Shown here: positions 25,218-33,423 of the stretch, piece by piece | Layout of the letters: each line of letters starts with the position of its first letter | Position numbering within the stretch: position 1 is the first letter of the stretch | Assembly (NCBI GenBank): GCA_043228905.1 | Contig: JBHGNT010000004.1 | Coordinates: 21,886,001-21,950,000 of the forward strand | DNA length: 64,000 nucleotides | Origin: Azolla caroliniana | Taxonomy: Eukaryota; Plantae; Polypodiophyta | Direction of reading: 5' to 3' | Notes under the pieces: generated by a model | Told to the model about the DNA's origin: nothing | What the model saw: only the letters and a program-made list of their open reading frames with translations | Databases searched by the model: none | Made by a program: the position numbers and the translations under genes

Positions 25218-28200
25218 TCATTCCTCGCCCGTCGGTTCTTCCTCGTTTTCGGATCGTTCGTCACTGCTGACTAGGAGAGCCGGGTCTGGCTCGTCGTCGT
25301 GTCGCTTCTTGAACGCTTTGATCCGCTTCCCTGCAACCGGTATCGCCACTCTCGTGCCGTCGAGTTCCGCCAGGTGATATGTCCCGTTGTCATTGGCGCT
25401 CCGCACCACGTAAGGCCCGAACCACCTTCGTGCGAACTTCCGTGTGGCTCGGTGCTGGTTGTCGAGGCTGCTGTCGTAGACGAGCACCCAGTCACCTTCT
25501 TCGATTTTCTTCGGTCGGAGCCGGTGCGTTCGGTCGAACCTGGCTTTGTTCTTTGTCCTCGCCACCCGGAGCTTCTCCGCAGCCAGTTCCACGTCCTCCG
25601 GACTCCGCTCGAGTTGTCGTATACGCGCGGCCAACAACTCCTCCCGGCTCATCTCGTCCCTCCAATCGACCGTTGCCCATGAGGAGATCGTCCGTTCCAT
25701 CGGCATGATCGGCTTCTGGCCGAACATGAGCTCCGTCGACATGTACCCGGTTACCGAACTGTGTGTAGTCCGGTCCGCCCACAAAGCATAAGGTAGCAGC
25801 CGCGGCCAGTTACCGACTCGGCCTCCGCATGCTCGAACCAGCGCCTTGACAATCGGCCCGTGTCCGCGCTCCACCTTTCCATTCGCCTCCGGATTGTACG
25901 CAGTGGTGAGCGAGAGCTTGACTCCCAGCCGGTCCAACAGCTCCGCGGCTTCTTCGGCGTCCAACTCCCCTCGGTTAGCCACGATCTTCCCGACGCACCC
26001 GTACCGGCATATCACGTCCTCGATTAGGAACCGACATACGGCCGCGGTCGTTTTGTTCGGAAGGGCCCGGCCTTCCACCTGGTTCGTCAGATCCTCCCGC
26101 GCTAGGACGAGGTACCACATCTGTCCTACTCCCATTGGCATCGTTACCAGATCTACCATCCATTTGAAATGGATGGCCAGAGGGTACGTAGGGTGAAGCT
26201 CGTCTCGATGTCGGACTATGGAGTGCATCTGACAGCTCTCGCAAGTTGTCACGAACCGATGCACGTCCTGGTACTGCCCCGGCCACCAATACTTCCCCTT
26301 CAGTTTCTCAAACGTAGCCCATGTTCCACGGTGTCCAGCCCAAGGGCTGTCGTGGTAGGCTGCTAGCAGCTCCTCCTGATCTTCCTTCATTGCCACCACC
26401 CGGAGCGGGACGCCGTTCCTCTTCTTCGGGTGCTTCCACAAGTATCCATCCCGGAGAAAGAACCGGTACGCTTTCTTCCGGATCCGGTTGGCCTCGTCCT
26501 TCGTCCATGACGCATCGGGCGTCATTGTCTTCAAAAACCCACCGATCTGCAGCCACTCCCCGTCGTAATTGCTCGCGTCGAAGTCGTTAAGCGCCGAAGT
26601 GCTTGTTCCGTCGGTTGTCACATACGCAGTCTCGAAGAAGTCCACGCCGACCTCTTCGTCCTCCGAAACCATGCCGCCCTCGTCATCGAATCTCGCCCTT
26701 GAAAGCATGTCGGCCATGGCGTTGTCTTTCCCGGAAATGTGTCGTATTCCCGGGTCCAGGGACCTGATGTACGCTATCCACCTGAGCATTGCCAGGTCTG
26801 GCGTCGCGCATCCGGAAACCATGCCGAGAATCTGCATGCAATCCGTCTCTATGATTACCTCTGTCCCGATCAGATAGTCCTTGTTGGCCTTCACCGCCGA
26901 AACGATACCCCAGAGTTCGCGTTTAACCTGGGCGTATCCTCGCTGCCGCTCACTGAGGACCTTCGCGCCGAATCGGATCGGAAACCGATTGCCGTCCTCG
27001 TCTTCTTGGTTGACGACCCACCTGATTCCGGTCGGACTCGTGTCAACCGTTATGTACACTGGGGTGCCCTTCCTGTAGACGGCCTTTCGGAGCGCCGGTG
27101 CTGCCGAAAGAGCCTCCTTCAGCTTCCGGACCGACTCCGTGTGCTTGTCTAGCCATTCGAATCTTCGCCCTTTCTTCAATAATCCGTATAGCGGCTCCGC
27201 AACGTGGGCGTAATGTGGGATCCATACGTGGTAGAATGCGCATGCCCCCAGGAATCTTCGTACTTCCGTGACCGAGCTGCAGTCGGGCTTCATCGCGGAG
27301 ATGGCTTCTACCTTTGCCGGAGACGGTTTCCAGCCATATGGCCCACATAAGTGTCCGACCACCATGATTTCCGACTGCCCGAAGGCTGATTTCTCCCCCG
27401 AGAAGGTGAGCCTCGCATCCTCTAGCCTTTGCAGCACCTTCTCGCAGTCGTCGATGTGCGTCATCACGAATCGCCGGCATCCGTCCGGCCCGATCGTCTC
27501 GTCCTTCTCTTCTACCGGGCATCCCTTGATCGGGATGTCGTCTAGAAACGGCATGGTGATGTCCGGGATGCAGTCCCTCAGCACCTTGTTCATCGCATTC
27601 ACCATGTGGGCCACCGAGTTGGTCCCTCCTTGCGGCAGCGTACACATCCGCACTAGGCCGAGGGGAGTTCGCATCGTCGTAATGTCTCTGCTCTCCACGG
27701 CTAGCTGGAACTGGTCGTACCCTGAGTATAGATCACCGACCGAGTAAATCGACCTTCCGGCGAAGGCCTCCGCGAACTCATCTATGGTCGGTCCGATCCC
27801 TGCGTTCCGAATGGTCACTCTGTTGACCGGCTACAGGTCCTGAATGAAGCGCAATGATCCATTTTTCTTTGGTACGGTAAACCAGCGGTTTGAATACGGG
27901 GCGCTCGACGGCTCGAGAATGCCCATATCAACTTTCTGCTTCAACAGCTCCATCAACTTCGGGATGTGAGCTCTTGGAACCGAAATTGGTTTGAGATTCC
28001 ACGGTACATGCGGTACCGTGAATATCACCATCGGCTCTACGATCGTCGGGTCCACGCACCCGATTTCCTCCGGCGAGAATGCGAAGGCTTTCCCGTGCCT
28101 TCCGAGCATTCTCTGAAACCGGTCTTCCTCCGCCGGCAGTAGGAACCCGCCCCCACCGATCTTCAGCTCGCGGAGCGTCTCGTTGGTGAAGGTGTGTCCT

Positions 28201-28696
28201 ATGCAGGCCGGATCTCGTAAGCTGGGGTCCGATGCAACCCCTTTGATTCGGGATTCGCTGCCCTCCGGTAAGGGCGCCGCAACTGGCCTCACCTTCCGGT
28301 CCACAGTCTTGTACTTGGTGCTAACTCGGGCCGTCCGTTCCGACTCGAGCCCTCGACCGAAGTCCGCGATGACTTCGTACATTTCTTCGGAACATACCGG
28401 TATCGTCCGGTCTTCGTTAAGGTCTTCTTCGACTACCTTCCCCAGCATTCCCAAGGTGTCGTCGAAGGAGACTGCCTCCACGGCTCCGTTGATTCCTTCG
28501 TCAGCGCCGAGAACTCCGCACGCCCGAAGTCTCCCCTCCGTCTTTGTTTTCTCTCGACCGGTGATGCCGACCATCGTACATGCTCCGCTGTCGGAGAAGC
28601 AAAATTTCCTACCTATTGTACACGGTTTTATCATACAGATGTGGGGTTTTTCCGGAGCATCCGAACTGTCGCGGCCCCACGCCTTGGCAGTCCTCT
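25218..28696 (-). pseudogene. Gypsy B pol (RT-RNase H-integrase) with a single nonsense codon at 27831-27833
   Basis: The 267-aa and 866-aa ORFs are in frame across one CAG>TAG change. Motifs LPQGGTNS, FLDD, RNase H DTS..E..D, HHCC zinc finger and YNPEANGKVER. Confidence 0.92.
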
Positions 28697-31600
28697 CTAA
28701 AAATCCTCTCGGTTTTCGGAACCGAGGGAATCGCGGTTACGTTCGTGGTTCGGCCGTACCGTCAGAAACTGGACCGAATGGCGCCCGTCTTGGCTTTTGA
28801 CCCTCGCGTAGGCCGAACCATTGTCCAGCACTTTGGTCTCCATTCGCGCCGCCGTGATGTACGGCTCTCCCAGAATGACCGGATGCGAAGACGTCTCCTG
28901 CACGAAGAAGTGTTGGTCAATCTCGACGTCGCCGATCTGGACTCGCACATTCGGACAGACCCCGTGCAGTTCCTCGGTGGCACGCGTTGCTGCCCTTATT
29001 TTCCACCTGTGCTTGGTGTTGATCGGCCATTTGCCCTTCTTATAGAAGTCCATGGACATCAAATTGATCTCCGATCCGTGGTCCACCAAAGCTATCACCG
29101 GTTCCTGGACATCGCCGATCTTCACCGGGGTTTCCGTGGTCGCTCGGGCCCAGTGTGGTCTCGAATAGTGGCTTTCCGCCCACTCGTCTCCCAGCGCCAT
29201 GTCGTCTAGGTGCGTCGTCCGCACTTCCACCGGTCTCTCCGGTTCTGTCTCCGTTGACAGCCTCTTCCGTTTCACCAAGTCCACGATGGAGTCATGGAAC
29301 TCCTTCTTGGCGATTCCCAGCACCTCTCGTAACGACAGCTCCACCTTGCTGTCGAGGATCCGTTCCTCCAGGACCTTTCGTAAGTCCGTGGTCCTTTCTA
29401 TCTCCGTCCCCAGACGGTACCCGCCCTTCTGGGGTTTATCTTGCGTACCGGCTCCGCCGGTTTCGTCCCGTCGTGGGCCGGACCGGGTCTCGTACCGTTG
29501 TGAGGGCCCGGTCGTCCCGGGTTTCCCCACCCGCTTCTCTTCTACCAGAGCCTCGTAGTTTTGGCAAGCAGCTTCCACGAAGCCCGTCTTTTCCTCGACC
29601 GGGTCGCTCCACCCGGTCATCTCCCGTACCCGTTTCTCCGCACAGTCCGATTCCTCCTCGGAACCGAGGGAATCACGGTTACGTTCGTGGTTCGGCCGTA
29701 CCGTCAGAAACTGGACCGAATGGCGCCCGTCTTGGCTTTTGACCCTCGCGTAGGCCGAACCATTGTCCAGCACCTTGGTCTCCATCCGCGCCGCCGTGAT
29801 GTACGGCTCTCCCAGTATGACCGGATGCGAAGACGTCTCCTGCACGAAGAAGTGCTGGTCAATCTCGACGTCGCCGATCTTGACTCGCACATTCGGACAG
29901 GCCCCGTGCAGCTCCTCGGTGGCGCGCGTTGCCGCCCTTATTTTCCACCCGTGCTTGGTGTTGATCGGCCATTTGCCCTTCTTATAGAAGTCCATGGACA
30001 TCAAGTTGATCTCCGATCCGTGGTCCACCAAAGCTATCACCGGTTCCTGGACATCGCCGATCTTCACCGGGGTTTCCGTGGTCGCTCGGGCCCAGTGTGG
30101 TCTCGAATAGTGGCTCTCCGCCCACTCGTCTCCCAGCGCCATGTCGTCTAGGTGCGTCGTCCGCACTTCCACTGGTCTTTCCGGTTCTGTCTCCGTTGAC
30201 AGCCTCTTCCGTTTCACCAAGTCCACGATGGAGTCGTGGAACTCCTTCTTGGCGATTCCCAGCACCTCTCGTAACGACAGCTCCACCTTGCTGTCGAGGA
30301 TCCGTTCCTCCAGGACCTTTCGTAAGTCCGTGGTCCTTTCTATCTCCGTCCCCAGACGGTACCCGCCCTTCTGGGTTTTATCTTGCGTACCGGCCCCGCC
30401 GGCTTCGTCCCGTCGTGGCCCGGACCGGGTCTCGTATCGTTGTGAGGGCCCGGTCGTCCCGGGTCTCCCCACCCGCTTCTCTTCCACCAGAGCCTCGTAG
30501 TTCTGGCAAGCGGCTTCCACGAAGCCCGTCCTTTCCTCGACCGGGTCGCTCCACCCGGTCATCTCCCGTACCCGTTTCTCCGCACGGTCCGATTCCTCCC
30601 CTTTAAGCCTTGCACCGGCAAGGCCTTCCAGCATCGTCGGCCAGAATCCGGCTTTGCTTTCCCTTCGGGCCTCGCCGCCCCCGACTCGAATGCCGGCCGA
30701 CGCCGAGTAGTGGACGGTTTCCACGTGTCGGGCCGCCGCCTCTTCCATCAACCTTTTCATACCACCCTTTCCGTCGTTTCGGCTCAGGGCCCTTCGGGTG
30801 TCGCTGGCATGCACCCGTCCTTCCCACAGGTACACCACCCTGTTCCTCAGCGCCTCCGCGAAGTCGCCGCAGTCCTTCCGAATGTGGCCGACTTCATCGC
30901 ACCACATGCACCTGTTTCCTGCCGCCGGCCGTCGGTCACGAGCCGGTTCGCCTCCTTCCCTTCGGGCCTGCGCGATTTGGAGGTCCTTTATCGCCTTCGT
31001 CAATTCCTCCAACGCCGCTCCTCCGGTTGAGCCTCTGACTACGCCGGTCGAAGCCGAACCGGTTTCCAACCACTCCCGGGTCTCTTCCTTGCGCACCTGT
31101 GGCGCTGGTTCGAGCTTCCTTGCTGCGACCGAGCCCGACCCGGTCGCCCCGTTATCCGCCCATTCTCGCCGTTTGTCGAAACGGCCACAGACCTTCCTGA
31201 CAGCCGCCCAGTCGGTAGTGAGCCCGTCTTCGGTTTCCAGCAAGAGGCCCACTTGCTCCCGATCCCGCTCGTCGACCGACTTGACAAACAGCAAGACCCG
31301 GCTCGTGTCCAGGATGGTTCGGTCGAGCGCCGAAAGGCGCGCAAAGTTTTCCTCGAACTCCCGGAGGAGTGCCGACGCGTTTCTTCCCTTCCCCGGGGAC
31401 TCCACCCATTCCATGAAACTTCGCTTCGAAAGCCGGAGCGCGTCGTCCAGCCCGTATTTCTCTAGGAGCCGACCTTCGAACTCCTCCCAGGTACGGCTCT
31501 CCGCCCGCACCTCGAGCACCTCCGCATGGATGCTCGGCATTGCCACTCGGGGAAATCCGGCAAGACGCCTTTCTTCCGGAATGTCCCGCATCAACATTTC

Positions 31601-31765
31601 TGCACCGTAGGACGCCAGATACTTCGTGGCATCCCTCCCATCGAACCGGCCGATCGTGCCGACGACCGCCTCAATAGCTCTGTCGAGGGCACCGGTGCTC
31701 TCGCGCGCGTTTACAATCCGATCCACGGCCGAAGCCATGGCCTCTGCGAGATCCGACCCCCTCAT
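28697..31765 (-). CDS. Gypsy B Gag-protease polyprotein with tandem-duplicated protease region
   Basis: Open frame of >1000 codons, CCHC knuckle CMWCDEVGHIRKDC and two copies of LVDHGSEINL...ILGEPYI. Confidence 0.88.
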   Translation of the reverse strand: MRGSDLAEAMASAVDRIVNARESTGALDRAIEAVVGTIGRFDGRDATKYLASYGAEMLMRDIPEERRLAGFPRVAMPSIHAEVLEVRAESRTWEEFEGRLLEKYGLDDALRLSKRSFMEWVESPGKGRNASALLREFEENFARLSALDRTILDTSRVLLFVKSVDERDREQVGLLLETEDGLTTDWAAVRKVCGRFDKRREWADNGATGSGSVAARKLEPAPQVRKEETREWLETGSASTGVVRGSTGGAALEELTKAIKDLQIAQARREGGEPARDRRPAAGNRCMWCDEVGHIRKDCGDFAEALRNRVVYLWEGRVHASDTRRALSRNDGKGGMKRLMEEAAARHVETVHYSASAGIRVGGGEARRESKAGFWPTMLEGLAGARLKGEESDRAEKRVREMTGWSDPVEERTGFVEAACQNYEALVEEKRVGRPGTTGPSQRYETRSGPRRDEAGGAGTQDKTQKGGYRLGTEIERTTDLRKVLEERILDSKVELSLREVLGIAKKEFHDSIVDLVKRKRLSTETEPERPVEVRTTHLDDMALGDEWAESHYSRPHWARATTETPVKIGDVQEPVIALVDHGSEINLMSMDFYKKGKWPINTKHGWKIRAATRATEELHGACPNVRVKIGDVEIDQHFFVQETSSHPVILGEPYITAARMETKVLDNGSAYARVKSQDGRHSVQFLTVRPNHERNRDSLGSEEESDCAEKRVREMTGWSDPVEEKTGFVEAACQNYEALVEEKRVGKPGTTGPSQRYETRSGPRRDETGGAGTQDKPQKGGYRLGTEIERTTDLRKVLEERILDSKVELSLREVLGIAKKEFHDSIVDLVKRKRLSTETEPERPVEVRTTHLDDMALGDEWAESHYSRPHWARATTETPVKIGDVQEPVIALVDHGSEINLMSMDFYKKGKWPINTKHRWKIRAATRATEELHGVCPNVRVQIGDVEIDQHFFVQETSSHPVILGEPYITAARMETKVLDNGSAYARVKSQDGRHSVQFLTVRPNHERNRDSLGSENREDF
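28718..30600. repeat. 942-bp in-frame tandem duplication
   Basis: The ORF track repeats at an offset of exactly 942 nt (29155/30097, 29199/30141). The copies differ by scattered substitutions. Confidence 0.92.
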
Positions 31766-32614
31766 CTTCTGCTCTTCTGCCGCCTCTTTCACGTCGGGTT
31801 CACCAAAGATGTCGAGATATTACGCAAGTGCGTGTGGAATCGAGGCGAGACCGCGGGGGTCTCGAACCAAAGAGCAAGCGAGGGAGGAGAAAGAGAGAGA
31901 ACCGGCTACGCAGGACCGGGGATACACAGGGACACGGCCCTTCAGCACGGAGAACGCGAACAGAGACCGACACAGACAGATGCGAATGACTTAATATGTA
32001 TATTAAGAAAATGGCTAACACTACTACAACCCTCGATGGGGCACAGGTTGGTTACAACCGAACAGGCCGGCGAACAGATGCCGATGCCTGCTCGCTTCGA
32101 CGCACAAAACGGGGCAAGGGGGGGGTAGCAGGTTGGAGGTGCTGCCGGAAGCACTCGGGCGTTCCTCGAAACAGCGCGAGCCTCCTCGGAACCCTGCACA
32201 GAAAGCTATGGAGCTCAAGAAGGAAGGAAACAGAGAGAGAGAAGCGTCCAGAAACGGTCCGACAGCACTTCGTCCTCTCCGCGCCAGATCCCTGCAACAG
32301 CTCTTTCCTGCTCTTATATAGCCCGACGAGCAGGCCGTCCTGTCAGCTTTATTCCCTGTCCCTTTCGAACAGGGATCCGCTCCGTTCTTCACGCATACGC
32401 GTAGTTACGCCGCCGACTCGTGCCGTCCCTTAGCTCGCGCGCGCGACCGAAAAGACTGTTCGCGCGGTCTTTGTCTCCACTCGTGTTAGGGCCCGTTCCT
32501 GCCGATTATCCTCCTAACTCGCTTCTATGTTCGACTTGGAGCGTGCGCGCGTGAGGAACCGGTTCCCACGCCTTGGTCTGCCGATTCCGCTTATGGACGG
32601 TTTTCTTCACGACA

Positions 32615-33299
32615 ACGGGTTGGATGACGCACTTCGACTTTCGAAGCGGAGCTTCATGAAGTGGGTGGAGTCCCCCAACAAAGGAAGAAATGCGTCGGTA
32701 CTCCTCCGGGAGTTTGAGGAACGCTTTGCGTACCTTTCGGCGCTCGATCGGACTGTTCTGGACACAAGTCGTGTCCTACTGTTTGTCAAATCGGTTGACG
32801 CACGAGATCGGGGGCAAGTTGGCTCCTTATTGGAAACCGAAGACGGGCTGACGACCAACTGGGCCACGGTAAAGAGAGTCTGCGGCCGTTTTAACAAACG
32901 GTGGGAGTGGGCTGATACAGAGGCGACCGAGGCGGGACCTGTCGCAGCAAGGAAGCTCGAACCGATACCGCAGGCATGAAGGGAAGAGACCCGGGAGTGG
33001 CTCGAAACTGGTTCGCCTTCGACCGGCGTGAACAGAGGCTCGTCCGGGGGAACAGCTCTAGAGGAGTTGACACGAGCGGTAAAGGATCTCCAGATCGCCC
33101 AGGCTCGGAGGGAAGGCGGCGATAAGGCTCGTGACCGACGGCTTCCGGCAGGAAGTAGGTGCATGTGGTGCGACGAGGTCAGCCACATCCGGAAAGACTG
33201 CGGGGACTTTATGGAGGCTTTGAGAAGCCGGGTAGTGTACCTGTGGGAAGGTCGGGTGCACGCAAGCGATACCCGGAGGGCCCTGAACCGAAACGACGT
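32615..33299 (+). mobile_element. Gag fragment of a third (A-like) Gypsy copy, inverted relative to A and B
   Basis: GLDDALRLSKRSFMKWVESPNKGRNAS...CMWCDEVSHIRKDC is roughly 90% similar by eye to the reverse complement of 23160-23840. It ends at the gap. Confidence 0.88.
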
Positions 33300-33399
33300 N
33301 NNNNNNNNNNNNNNNNNNNNNNNNNNNNNNNNNNNNNNNNNNNNNNNNNNNNNNNNNNNNNNNNNNNNNNNNNNNNNNNNNNNNNNNNNNNNNNNNNNN
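33300..33399. other. Assembly gap (100 N)
   Basis: Run of 100 N; true size unknown. Confidence 1.
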
Positions 33400-33423
33400 A
33401 ACATGTTCTCCTTTGATTTGTAG

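Larger units (their letters stand above)
24350..32614 (-). mobile_element. GC-rich Ty3/Gypsy element B (tRNA-Trp family), near full-length
   Basis: LTRs at 24350-25146 and 31810-32614 (TGTCGTGAAG...ACA). PBS TGGTGAACCCGACGTGAA (31805-31788) and PPT AGGTGGGGGCGGA next to 25146. Confidence 0.95.

Noticed and set aside
10100-33300. Many overlapping or antisense ORFs of 60-330 aa in the ORF track
   Set aside because: They are shadow frames of GC-rich retrotransposon sequence and LTRs, with no independent domain signatures.
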